DNA of 32,379 nt, taken from NCBI GenBank assembly GCA_049650785.1, contig JBASAV010000593.1, positions 1-32,379 on the forward strand, in the 5' to 3' direction. The DNA is from Lewinella sp. Lineage in GTDB: Bacteria; Bacteroidota; Bacteroidia; Chitinophagales; Saprospiraceae. Of the stretch, positions 19,194 through 28,282 are shown in pieces. Numbering within the stretch: the first letter of the stretch is position 1; every line of letters begins with the position of its first letter. The position numbers were made by a program, and so were the translations under genes. Under the pieces are notes generated by a model. It had not been told where the DNA came from and made no database searches. It saw only the letters and a program-made list of their open reading frames with translations.

Positions 19194-19565
19194 TCAGGCA
19201 GGTTGTTCGTCCATACCGGGCCGACCGCGCCAGGCGAAATAGGCGGCAAGCAGGAGGAACCCTACCATACCACCGAACATGATGGCCGGATCTCCGAAAA
19301 TCCGCAGGTCGGTTACGAAGAAGATCGTGACGAGGAGTAGACAGCTTCCCGCGAGACTATTGCGCTGCGACCGCGAATCTGAGTCATCCACGGCAAGTAG
19401 CCGAAGATAAGCGGCCGACAGTACGAGAAAAAAGGCAAGGACAAAGAGTCCGGCCTCCCACTCGGGTGGAAATACGGGGAGTAACAACAGCACGTAAGCA
19501 GTAAGCCATATGCCGAAGGAAAGCCGGCTAGTGGACTTTTTGCGGGACATTTCGTGGTCGGACAT
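19194..19565 (-). CDS. Hypothetical 4-TM membrane protein
   Basis: Four hydrophobic segments and a basic N-terminus; fills an otherwise empty gap. Confidence 0.65.
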   Translation of the reverse strand: MSDHEMSRKKSTSRLSFGIWLTAYVLLLLPVFPPEWEAGLFVLAFFLVLSAAYLRLLAVDDSDSRSQRNSLAGSCLLLVTIFFVTDLRIFGDPAIMFGGMVGFLLLAAYFAWRGRPGMDEQPA

Positions 19566-19720
19566 GATAGAGTGAATTTCTTAGTGCGTGGAAGGCTTGC
19601 CTACCCATAGGAGAAGCAAACCTCGATAAATCCGCACCGAATATAAAAGCCAACCCCCGTCCGTACTAACGCCATTAGACCAATGACCCTATTTTCTCGA
19701 ACAAATTCAGGGGAACGAAC

Positions 19721-19741
19721 TTAGTTTGATGTGTAAACTAA
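19721..19741. promoter_or_regulatory. Putative NrtR operator
   Basis: 21-bp palindrome TTAGTTT-GATGTGT-AAACTAA ending 3 nt before the pncB ATG; nrtR follows pncB; NrtR sites are about 21-bp palindromes. Confidence 0.8.
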
Positions 19742-19744
19742 GCC

Positions 19745-21190
19745 ATGTCCCACCTATCCCGCATCTACCGCCCTGCCTTCGGTTTGCTCACCGATCTCTA
19801 CGAACTCACGATGGCCGCCGGATACTACCACCAGCGGATACACGAACGCCGGGCCATCTTTCACCTCTTCTACCGCAATCCGCCCTTTGGCGGGCATTTC
19901 GCGCTGGCGGCCGGCCTGCCGCTCGCTATTGACCTGATCGAGAACTATCGCTTCAGCGCGGATGACGTGCAGTATCTGGGTCGGCTAAAGAGCGACGATG
20001 GATCGGCACTCTTCAAAGAACCCTTCCTGAATTACCTGCAACGCATGCAGTGGACCGGTGATCTAGACGCCGTACCGGAGGGAGAGATCGTGCTGCCCCA
20101 CGAACCGCTGCTGCGTATCGAAGGCCCGCTCATTCAGGTGCAACTACTCGAAACCGCGTTATTGACAGTCATGAATTTTTCCACGCTCATCGCCACCAAG
20201 GCTGCCCGGATCAAAGCCGCCGCGGGAGATGATGCCGTACTGGAATTCGGACTACGTCGCGCGCAGGGTATCGATGGCGGACTGACCGCCTCCCGCTCCG
20301 CCTATCTGGGCGGATGTGATGCCACCAGCAATGTTTGGGCCGGCCGGTACTACAACATCCCCGTCAAGGGCACCCACGCCCACAGCTGGGTGATGGTCTT
20401 CCCCGACGAGCTGACCTCCTTCGAGGCCTACGCCGAAGCGCTGCCCGCGAACTGCATCTTTCTCGTGGATACGTACGACACGCTGGAGGGTACCCGCAAC
20501 GCCATCCGCGTGGGTCAGCAACTACGGCAACGGGGTCACGAAATGAACGGGATACGGCTCGACAGTGGCGATCTCGGCGAACTATCGATCGAAGCCCGTA
20601 AACTATTGGACGAAGCCGGCTTCCCCGACGCCGGGATTGTCGCCAGCGACAGCCTGGACGAATACGCCATCAAAGAACTGAAGGCGGAGGGTGCCCGTAT
20701 CAATATTTGGGGTATCGGCACGCGCTTGGCTACGGGTCACGACCAGGCCGCGCTCGGTGGCGTCTATAAGCTATCGGCCATCCAGGATGAACGCGGACAG
20801 TGGATATCAAAGGTCAAACGCTCGGAAACGGCCGATAAATCCAGCAACCCTGGGAAGCTCGGAATACGACGCTTCAGTAAGGATGGTTGCCCGACCGGGA
20901 GTCAGCTCTTCAACGAACTCAGCGGCGAGCCCGGGAACGCGGTGATCCAAGATAGGAAACAGCACCAGCTCCAGGGGGAAGAAAGCCGCGTGCTTCGGTC
21001 AGTGTTTGAGGGTGGAAAACGGGTTTACGATGTGCCGGATCTACCTACTTCCCGCGCGGCGGCGCAAAAAAACTGGTCCCGCTGGTCTGCTATAAACTGG
21101 CGTCAATTTCACTATGGACTAAGCCCCGAGCTAGCCGCCGAAAAAGAACACCTCCTGAAAATGGATCGGACACCAACCAGCAACCAGTAA
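19745..21190 (+). CDS. pncB: Nicotinate phosphoribosyltransferase
   Basis: [38 protein letters not shown]. Confidence 0.95.
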   Translation: MSHLSRIYRPAFGLLTDLYELTMAAGYYHQRIHERRAIFHLFYRNPPFGGHFALAAGLPLAIDLIENYRFSADDVQYLGRLKSDDGSALFKEPFLNYLQRMQWTGDLDAVPEGEIVLPHEPLLRIEGPLIQVQLLETALLTVMNFSTLIATKAARIKAAAGDDAVLEFGLRRAQGIDGGLTASRSAYLGGCDATSNVWAGRYYNIPVKGTHAHSWVMVFPDELTSFEAYAEALPANCIFLVDTYDTLEGTRNAIRVGQQLRQRGHEMNGIRLDSGDLGELSIEARKLLDEAGFPDAGIVASDSLDEYAIKELKAEGARINIWGIGTRLATGHDQAALGGVYKLSAIQDERGQWISKVKRSETADKSSNPGKLGIRRFSKDGCPTGSQLFNELSGEPGNAVIQDRKQHQLQGEESRVLRSVFEGGKRVYDVPDLPTSRAAAQKNWSRWSAINWRQFHYGLSPELAAEKEHLLKMDRTPTSNQ

Positions 21191-21216
21191 CCAGTAACCA
21201 ACAACCCACAACCCAA
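21175..21216 (+). repeat. Degenerate heptamer tandem repeat (AACCnnn x6)
   Basis: AACCAGC AACCAGT AACCAGT AACCAAC AACCCAC AACCCAA, spanning the pncB stop codon and the spacer before nrtR. Confidence 0.75.
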
Positions 21217-21222
21217 TACGCT

Positions 21223-21936
21223 ATGCCCACCTACAAACACCCCCGCCCCTCCGTCACCGTGGACGTCGTGGTATTTGGCTACGATGGCGGCGAAACGCTG
21301 AAATTACTGCTGATTCAGCGGGGAGGCGAGCCCTTCAGGGGCCAGTGGGCCCTCCCCGGCGGATTTGTAGATATGGAGGAGGACCTGGAAACCAGCGCCC
21401 TGCGCGAGTTGGAAGAAGAAACCGGCGTCAAAGATCTGTACCTCGAGCAACTCTATACCTTCGGCCAACCCGGACGCGACCCCCGCGGACGGGTCATCAG
21501 CGTAGCGCACTACGCCCTGGTCAACCTGGGAAACCACCCCGCCAGTGCCGCCTCGGATGCCGCGCGCGCGGAGTGGTTTGCGCTGGACGACCTGCCGGAA
21601 CTGGCCTTCGACCACGCCCGGATCATTGAGATGGCGACCACGCGCCTGCGGGCGAAGGTTCGCTACCAACCCATCGGCTTCGAATTACTGCCGGAAGAAT
21701 TTACCCTCGGTGAATTACAGAAGCTCTACGAGACAGTGCTCGGCGTGCCGCAATTCAACAAGCGTAACTTTCGAACGCGCATTCTGAAAACTGACATCCT
21801 GGAAGAGGTCGGCAAGCAAGAAAACGTAGCCCACCGCCCGGCGCTGCTGTACCGATTCAACGAGGAGCGGTACCGGAAGTTGGTGGAGGAACGGGACTCG
21901 GCCGTTCTCCGGCGAGCACTGGACTTTGAGCTTTAG
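21223..21936 (+). CDS. nrtR: NrtR-family Nudix/wHTH transcriptional regulator
   Basis: Intact Nudix box [37 protein letters not shown]; w[14 protein letters not shown]...KRNFR...RPALLYRF. Confidence 0.92.
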   Translation: MPTYKHPRPSVTVDVVVFGYDGGETLKLLLIQRGGEPFRGQWALPGGFVDMEEDLETSALRELEEETGVKDLYLEQLYTFGQPGRDPRGRVISVAHYALVNLGNHPASAASDAARAEWFALDDLPELAFDHARIIEMATTRLRAKVRYQPIGFELLPEEFTLGELQKLYETVLGVPQFNKRNFRTRILKTDILEEVGKQENVAHRPALLYRFNEERYRKLVEERDSAVLRRALDFEL

Positions 21937-21996
21937 CCCGCCGAACTTTTGGGCGCGCAATGGGTAGAAGTGTACGCCCATTCAACCCCACCGCCC

Positions 21997-23265
21997 ATGT
22001 TATCCAAGCGAGGAAGCCAGAAAGCTAAAGAACCGCTCCGCCCCGATTTCGAAATGTTCGAACGTGCCCAGGAGCACCCCTACTCTCCCGAAGCTATGGA
22101 CGGGGCCATCCCGCTATGCATTGCCGAGAACCTGTTGCAGTGGCCGAAGCTCCGCGATAAACTCCAGTCGATCGCCGCCGGAAACGAATGGCCGGACTGG
22201 ATCGCGGCCTACACCCAGCTATCGGGAGCACCCGAATTCCGGGAAGCGGTGGCCACCTTCGCCGGTCGGTTCATCGCGGGCCGGGAGTTGTCGGAAGACT
22301 GCTTCTGCGCCAGTGCCGGAGCGACGGCCGTAGTCGAAGTGACCGCGATGGCGCTCGGAAACCCCGGGGACTATACCGTATTTCCCGCTCCGGCCTACCA
22401 GGCTTACGCCCCCGACATTCAAAACAAGGCCGGACTGCTCCGGTACGATATCCGACACTACACGGCTGATTTCGGGCCCACCTTCCATCCACTGTCCGTC
22501 CGGGAACTGGAGAAAGCCCACGAAGATCTGGGTGATAAGTTCCGGATGCTGGTGCTCACCCAACCCGATAATCCTACCGGGGCCATTTACTCGGAAGCGC
22601 AATTGCGATCGATAGCGGAGTGGTGCTCGGAGAAGAAGATTCACCTGATCGTAAACGAGATCTACGCACTGAGCCAGTTCGAGCGTGGCGCGGAGGGCAT
22701 TCCCAATGACTCCGAATACACCTCTTTCCTACCCATCCTGGAAGAGATGGAAAGCCCCTTCCTGCACTGGTGGTATTCGTTTTCCAAAGACTTCGGCATC
22801 TCCGGCTTCCGCGTGGGCTTGCTGTACAGTCGCAACGAGGAATTTCGGGCGGCCTACACCAACTTCAACGCCCCCCACCAGGTGAATAACCTGACCCAGT
22901 GGCTACTGGCGGAGTTGCTCAGCGACCAGGATTGGATAGCCAGCTACCAACGCGACAACAAGCGCTTACTTACGGATGCTTACCGCACGGTAACCCACTC
23001 CCTGGACGAGATCGGCGTGCCCTATACCCCGGCGCGGGGCAGCCTCTTCGTCTGGGCGGACTTTTCGGGCCAGCTGACCGAAGCCAATTCGGAAGCCGCC
23101 GAGGCCTTCTGGCGCGAGGTCTTTGAAGAGACGGGCGTGCTGCTCACGGCACCGGGCGGACTGGGCCAACCCAAGGCGGGCTGGCTCCGCATCGTATACA
23201 GCGGTGTCACTCCGGCAGCTCTGCGGGAAGCCATGGATCGGCTAACAAACTTTCTCTCGGATTAA
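21997..23265 (+). CDS. Fold-type I PLP enzyme of the ACC-synthase-like branch of class I/II aminotransferases
   Basis: GAIPLCIAENLL, GATAVVE, PDNPTG, NEIYALS, YSFSKDFGISGFRVG, GWLRI. Start at the ATG at 21997. Confidence 0.88.
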   Translation: MLSKRGSQKAKEPLRPDFEMFERAQEHPYSPEAMDGAIPLCIAENLLQWPKLRDKLQSIAAGNEWPDWIAAYTQLSGAPEFREAVATFAGRFIAGRELSEDCFCASAGATAVVEVTAMALGNPGDYTVFPAPAYQAYAPDIQNKAGLLRYDIRHYTADFGPTFHPLSVRELEKAHEDLGDKFRMLVLTQPDNPTGAIYSEAQLRSIAEWCSEKKIHLIVNEIYALSQFERGAEGIPNDSEYTSFLPILEEMESPFLHWWYSFSKDFGISGFRVGLLYSRNEEFRAAYTNFNAPHQVNNLTQWLLAELLSDQDWIASYQRDNKRLLTDAYRTVTHSLDEIGVPYTPARGSLFVWADFSGQLTEANSEAAEAFWREVFEETGVLLTAPGGLGQPKAGWLRIVYSGVTPAALREAMDRLTNFLSD

Positions 23266-23274
23266 GAAACGGGT

Positions 23275-24453
23275 CTAGGAAGCTACCGCCACCGCCTTTG
23301 CCAGCGCGGTCTCCAGGTCTTTAGCCAGATCCTCGGCGTCTTCGACACCGACGCTCAACCGAATCAGGCTGTCCGTCAGTCCTACGCTAAGGCGTTGTTC
23401 GCGGGGGATGCTGGCGTGCGTCATCGAGGCCGGGTGGCCGATCAGACTCTCCACGCCCCCGAGGCTCTCCGCCAGGGTGAAGTAGTGCGTATTCTGCATC
23501 ACCTGGGTCGCGGCTTCCAGGGTATCTTCCTTGAGGTCGAAACTGACCATGGCACCGAAATCGCGCATCTGGCTGGCGGCGATCTCGTGGCGCGGATGAT
23601 CGGCCAGTCCCGGGTAGTAGACATTAGCGACCACATCATTCTTACTTAATACTTCCACGATGCGGCGGGCGTTCTCGCAGGCGCGCTGCACACGCAGGTG
23701 TAGCGTCTTGATACCACGGAGTACGAGGAAGCAATCCTGTGGTCCGGGCACGGCCCCAACGGCGTTCTGCAGATAGTAGAGCTTATCGGCCATCTCCTTA
23801 TCGCGGGTAATGATGGCGCCCATCACGACGTCGCTGTGGCCGCCGAGATACTTGGTAGCACTGTGGAGGACCAGATCCGCACCCAGTTCCAGCGGCTGCT
23901 GCAGGTAGGGGCTGGCGAAGGTATTATCCACGCAGGTCATGATACCCCGCGACTTGGCCAGGTCGGTCAGCGCCTGGATGTCCACGATGTTGAGCATCGG
24001 GTTGGTGGGGGTCTCGATCCACAGGAGCTTGGTTGCGTCGGTGATCATGCCGCCGAGCTTATCGGTATCGCGCATGTCAACGAAGCGGCTTTTCAGACCG
24101 AAATTGCCCATCACGGCGGTAAGCAAACGGTAGCTGCCACCGTACAGATCGTCGCTGGCCAGCACTTCATCGCCGGGGCGCAGGGTGCGGAGAATGGTAT
24201 CCATCGCCGCCAGGCCACTGCTGAAGCAGATGCCGTACTTACCACGTTCCAACGCGGCGAGATTATTCTGGAGGGCGGTACGGGTAGGGTTGCCGGTACG
24301 CGCATACTCATACCCTTTATGCTCTCCCGGTGCTGACTGTGCGTAAGTGGATGTCTGGTAGATCGGGGTCATCACCGAACCGGTTTGCGGGTCGGGTTCC
24401 AATCCTCCGTGAATACACTGGGTGGCAAAGTTGGCGTCTGGGGCGGCTTTCAT
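23275..24453 (-). CDS. Cystathionine gamma-synthase/gamma-lyase (Cys/Met metabolism PLP enzyme)
   Basis: PIYQTSTY, YARTGNPT, ETPTNP, VDNTFASP, SATKYLGGHSD, AESLGGVESL. Confidence 0.93.
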   Translation of the reverse strand: MKAAPDANFATQCIHGGLEPDPQTGSVMTPIYQTSTYAQSAPGEHKGYEYARTGNPTRTALQNNLAALERGKYGICFSSGLAAMDTILRTLRPGDEVLASDDLYGGSYRLLTAVMGNFGLKSRFVDMRDTDKLGGMITDATKLLWIETPTNPMLNIVDIQALTDLAKSRGIMTCVDNTFASPYLQQPLELGADLVLHSATKYLGGHSDVVMGAIITRDKEMADKLYYLQNAVGAVPGPQDCFLVLRGIKTLHLRVQRACENARRIVEVLSKNDVVANVYYPGLADHPRHEIAASQMRDFGAMVSFDLKEDTLEAATQVMQNTHYFTLAESLGGVESLIGHPASMTHASIPREQRLSVGLTDSLIRLSVGVEDAEDLAKDLETALAKAVAVAS

Positions 24454-24542
24454 ATAACTGATTTGGGGGTAGAAACAGATCGGCCGTAGGAAGGTTGGGG
24501 CGCCGGAGCGCAGGTAAAACGGGAATTACCGAACTTGAAGCG

Positions 24543-26702
24543 ATGAAGTCCCTCGATCCTCTTCCGCTGTGCCTGATACTATTGCTACTCGGTTGTGGCG
24601 AACCAGACCGGGAAAAGGCGGACCCCGCCGACTGGGCACACTATCTGGGTGACCGCGGCACCACCCAGTACAGTTCGCTGTCCCAGATCGACACCACCAA
24701 CGTCGACCGCCTGGAAGTGGCCTGGACGTATGCCTCGGGGGATGCCGACTCCGTGGGCCGCAGCCAGATTCAGTGTAACCCGCTGGTGATCAACGGTATC
24801 CTCTACGGTACGAACCCACAATTGAAGGCCTTTGCCCTCGATGCGGCCACGGGTGACGAGGTGTGGACCTTCGACCCGGCAATCTTTAGCGACGAGTTGT
24901 TTGGCATGGGCACCAACCGGGGACTGAACTACTGGACGGACGAAGACGAGCGTCGTATTTACTACCCCGCCGGACCCTTCCTCTACGCCCTCGATGCGGA
25001 CACCGGCAAGCCGGTCACGAATTTCGGCACGGGGGGGCGGGTTGATCTGCATACCGGCTTGGGGGAGGCCGCCCGGGAACAATTCGTGATATCGACCAGC
25101 CCGGGGATCATCTTTGAGGACCTGATCATCATGGGGGGGCGGGTGAGTGAGGATCTGGGGGCAGCGCCCGGTTACATAAGGGCATTTGACCTGCGCTCCG
25201 GCGCCCTGGTCTGGACCTTCCGTACGCTTCCCGAATCCGGGGAACCCGGGGCGGACACCTGGCCCGAGCCACTCTCCCCGCTTACCGGCGGAGCCAACGC
25301 CTGGGCGGGTATGAGTGTGGACGCCGAGCGGGGCATGGTATTCGTCCCGACCGGATCGGCTTCCTACGATTTTTACGGCGGCAACCGGCCCGGTGACAAC
25401 CTCTACGCCAACTGCATACTGGCCCTGGACGCCCGCACTGGCGAACGCGTATGGCACTACCAAACCGTGCACCACGACATCTGGGACCGGGATCTCCCAG
25501 CTCCGCCAACCCTGATCACGGTCACGCACGAAGGAAGAGAGGTGGACGCCGTGGCACAGGCGACCAAGGGAGGCTACCTGTTCTTACTGGATCGCGATAC
25601 GGGAGAGCCCTTATTTCCGGTGGAGGAGCGCGCCTACCCGGCTTCGGATCTGCAGGGGGAGTACACCAGCCCGACCCAGCCGATGCCGACCGCTCCCCCA
25701 CCCTTCACCCGGCAGGAACTATCGGCTGAAGACCTCTACCCCTTCGATGATTCTATGCGTACCGCCGCGCGCGCACTGCTAGATAAAAGCCGATTCGGTG
25801 GCCCCTTTATTCCACCGAGTGCGGAGGGCACCATCCTGTTTCCCGGTTTCGACGGCGGCGCCGAGTGGGGTGGCGGTGCGTATTCGCCCACCGATCGGCT
25901 GTTCTTCGTCAATGCGAATGAGATGCCCTGGATGCTGAAGATGAATCCGGTAGGCGATCTGTCCGGATCCGGGGGCGGTCGGGGCATTTATGCCATCGCC
26001 TGCCAGGCCTGCCACGGAGCGGACCTACAGGGGGGCGGGGTGTTTCAGAGCCCCTCGTTGCGCAATGTAGCCGCGCGGCTGGACGCCCCGGAGATCAGTC
26101 GCATCGTCCGCAACGGACAGGGGGCCATGCCGGCCGTAAGCTGGCTGGACGACGATCAGGTAGCGGCGGTCACCGAGTGGCTACTCGAACTGGAGCGTGA
26201 GGACATGGAAGAAATTGCCACTTCAATCAACAATGAGGAGAAAAAGGAAGCCGGTGGATCCGGGGCGTGGCCCTATCCCTACATTATGGATGGCTACACC
26301 CGCCTGAAGACGGTGGACGGGCACCCGATCACCTCCCCACCCTGGGGTACACTGACCGCTCTTGACCTGGATCGGGGGACGATCGCCTGGCAGGTAAACC
26401 TGGGTGAATACCCCGATCTGGTCGAGCGGGGTATCCGCAACACGGGCAGCGAGAACTACGGCGGCCCGGTGGCTACGGCGGGCGGGCTGATCTTCATCGC
26501 GGCTACGCTGGACGAAAAGATCCGGGCGTTTCGGAGCACGGACGGCGAGCTGATCTGGGAGGCCGATCTTCCCGCAGCCGGTTATGCTACCCCTGCAGTG
26601 TACGCTGTCGATGGAAAGCAGTACATAGTCGTTGCCTGTGGGGGCGGCAAGCTGGGAACCCGGTCCGGCGATCAATACCTTGCTTTTGGCCTACCCGACT
26701 AG
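24543..26702 (+). CDS. PQQ-dependent dehydrogenase (mGDH/quinate-like) lipoprotein with inserted cytochrome c domain
   Basis: Lipobox LLLGC; YSSLSQIDTTNV..LEVAW; GANAW; HHDIWDRD; heme motif CQACH; PPWGTL; W-A-LPAAGYATP. Start at the ATG at 24543. Confidence 0.9.
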   Translation: MKSLDPLPLCLILLLLGCGEPDREKADPADWAHYLGDRGTTQYSSLSQIDTTNVDRLEVAWTYASGDADSVGRSQIQCNPLVINGILYGTNPQLKAFALDAATGDEVWTFDPAIFSDELFGMGTNRGLNYWTDEDERRIYYPAGPFLYALDADTGKPVTNFGTGGRVDLHTGLGEAAREQFVISTSPGIIFEDLIIMGGRVSEDLGAAPGYIRAFDLRSGALVWTFRTLPESGEPGADTWPEPLSPLTGGANAWAGMSVDAERGMVFVPTGSASYDFYGGNRPGDNLYANCILALDARTGERVWHYQTVHHDIWDRDLPAPPTLITVTHEGREVDAVAQATKGGYLFLLDRDTGEPLFPVEERAYPASDLQGEYTSPTQPMPTAPPPFTRQELSAEDLYPFDDSMRTAARALLDKSRFGGPFIPPSAEGTILFPGFDGGAEWGGGAYSPTDRLFFVNANEMPWMLKMNPVGDLSGSGGGRGIYAIACQACHGADLQGGGVFQSPSLRNVAARLDAPEISRIVRNGQGAMPAVSWLDDDQVAAVTEWLLELEREDMEEIATSINNEEKKEAGGSGAWPYPYIMDGYTRLKTVDGHPITSPPWGTLTALDLDRGTIAWQVNLGEYPDLVERGIRNTGSENYGGPVATAGGLIFIAATLDEKIRAFRSTDGELIWEADLPAAGYATPAVYAVDGKQYIVVACGGGKLGTRSGDQYLAFGLPD

Positions 26703-26754
26703 GCCGTCGACTATTTGCCCGATAGTGTGTTAGTACCCAAAAGGACCGAACCGA

Positions 26755-27285
26755 ATGCTGCGCTATCTGCCCCTTGTCTTATTGCTAAGTAGTTGTTTTG
26801 CCGACGAGCTCGAGGAGGACATGAATCGGGACCCCTTTTTTGATTTGGCGACCTACATCGATCAACAGGTCGATAGCCTGCAGCGAGTCGGTACGACGGT
26901 CACGAAAACGATCACGCTCAACGGATCTACGGAGAGCAAGGAGTTAAGTGACCTGGCCTTTGGCAGTGACCTACGGGTGTTTCGTGAATCGGACATCAAC
27001 AAACCGGCCTGGCTGGATAAGTACGACACGCAGCAAAACGAAACCGATGGATTGCTGACGCGGACGTATAGTGCGATGGACAGTAGCATGCAGACGCGGC
27101 AACTGACGGTGATCAGCCGCGACGGAGAACCGGTGAGCATAGAAATCATCCGAAAAACGGGGACGGTCCTGTCGGACGGTTGGCACCGATTGGTATACGA
27201 CCCATCCTCCGGCTACCAATTGCGGACGCTTCAACACAATACGTTCGGTGATGATTTGGACGCGGACATCCGCGTAAGCTGGTAA
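26755..27285 (+). CDS. Hypothetical lipoprotein
   Basis: MLRYLPLVLLLSSC lipobox followed by an acidic stretch. Confidence 0.8.
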   Translation: MLRYLPLVLLLSSCFADELEEDMNRDPFFDLATYIDQQVDSLQRVGTTVTKTITLNGSTESKELSDLAFGSDLRVFRESDINKPAWLDKYDTQQNETDGLLTRTYSAMDSSMQTRQLTVISRDGEPVSIEIIRKTGTVLSDGWHRLVYDPSSGYQLRTLQHNTFGDDLDADIRVSW

Positions 27286-27319
27286 AAAAAAAGAGGCAGT
27301 GCCACCACAGCACTACCTC
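27284..27319 (-). terminator. Rho-independent terminator on the minus strand
   Basis: Minus strand reads GAGGTAGTGC-TGTGGTG-GCACTGCCTC-T9. The stem has a G-U pair on the minus strand but a C-A mismatch on the plus strand. Confidence 0.85.
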
Positions 27320-27382
27320 AGCCCTAACCAAATAAAACCAAATTAATCGGAACGGAGGCAATCGATCGAATACCACGCGTTC
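27284..27382 (-). ncRNA. Candidate ~98-nt small RNA
   Basis: Lies between a perfect TATATTTG -7 box and a strong terminator; 5' stem (GAACG...CGUUC); unpaired AUUUGGUU x2; no credible ORF. Confidence 0.6.
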
Positions 27383-27385
27383 ATT

Positions 27386-27393
27386 CAAATATA
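27386..27393 (-). promoter_or_regulatory. Bacteroidota -7 promoter box TATATTTG
   Basis: Exact TAnnTTTG match, pointing toward the minus-strand terminator. Confidence 0.65.
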
Positions 27394-27724
27394 AGGACCA
27401 AAAGGGGTGAAAATCATAGCAATTGGCCAAAATTTATACAATTCCCTTATTTGGTCATTCTTCGGTGTCGTAGTATTTAAGTTTGCAAACTACATAATTG
27501 GCCATTTTTATACCCGAATTTTGCCACGACAACAAAGTATTGTCGGCGTCGGAATTTGCATATTATATCTGTCATATTGACAATTAAAAAACAATATTCT
27601 CTTTTATACCTCTATTCCTTGTAATATTCTGAATCCTGATCCGCCGTTGTCAATAGCATTACTACCCCATGTGCAAGGAATGGAATGGCCTCAACGCTTT
27701 CGCATCGTAAAACGAAGCTAAAAT

Positions 27725-28282
27725 ATGTCAACCCCTCCCGCTACGATCCGACTACACGAACTCCGCTTCCGTCCTTTTTTGACGGAGGAACGCATCCGGG
27801 AACGGGTAGAAGAACTCGGCACTACGCTCTCCGAACGCCTGGGTGAAAGTCAGGTGACATTCGTCGTGATGCTCAAAGGGGCCTATATTTTTGCCGCCGA
27901 TTTGATGCGTGCCAGCGGACTCGGAGGCGAGGTTTGCTTTGTCCGCACCAGTAGTTATAGTGGCACGGAATCGGCGGGGAGGGTGAAACTGATCCTCGCT
28001 CCGGAACCGGAACTGATCCGTGGCCGCGACATCGTCCTGGTGGAAGATATTGTCGACAGTGGACTAACCATGCAGGCTTTCTTTCCCATATTGGAAGAGT
28101 TGGGTCCGCGCAGTATCACCTTGGTCACGCTGCTTCACAAGCCGGAAGCGCAGCGGGTGGAGGTACCCATCGATCTGGTGGGTTTCACGATACCTACGAA
28201 ATTCGTAGTCGGCTACGGACTGGACTACGACGGTTTGGGCAGGCAACTCCCCGCCATTTATCAACTCGACGAATCTTACTGA
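27725..28282 (+). CDS. hpt: Hypoxanthine phosphoribosyltransferase
   Basis: MLKGAYIFAADL, SSYSG, PRPP motif LVEDIVDSGLT, FVVGYGLDY. Confidence 0.95.
   Translation: MSTPPATIRLHELRFRPFLTEERIRERVEELGTTLSERLGESQVTFVVMLKGAYIFAADLMRASGLGGEVCFVRTSSYSGTESAGRVKLILAPEPELIRGRDIVLVEDIVDSGLTMQAFFPILEELGPRSITLVTLLHKPEAQRVEVPIDLVGFTIPTKFVVGYGLDYDGLGRQLPAIYQLDESY

Noticed and set aside
27394..27724. Replication origin
   Set aside because: AT-rich, but I found no cluster of TTATCCACA-like DnaA boxes.
8217..28282. A single SAM-cycle gene cluster (metH, methyltransferase, ACS-like, cystathionine enzyme, hpt)
   Set aside because: The genes are scattered among unrelated ones on both strands with no shared regulatory motif; coincidence is likely without synteny data.
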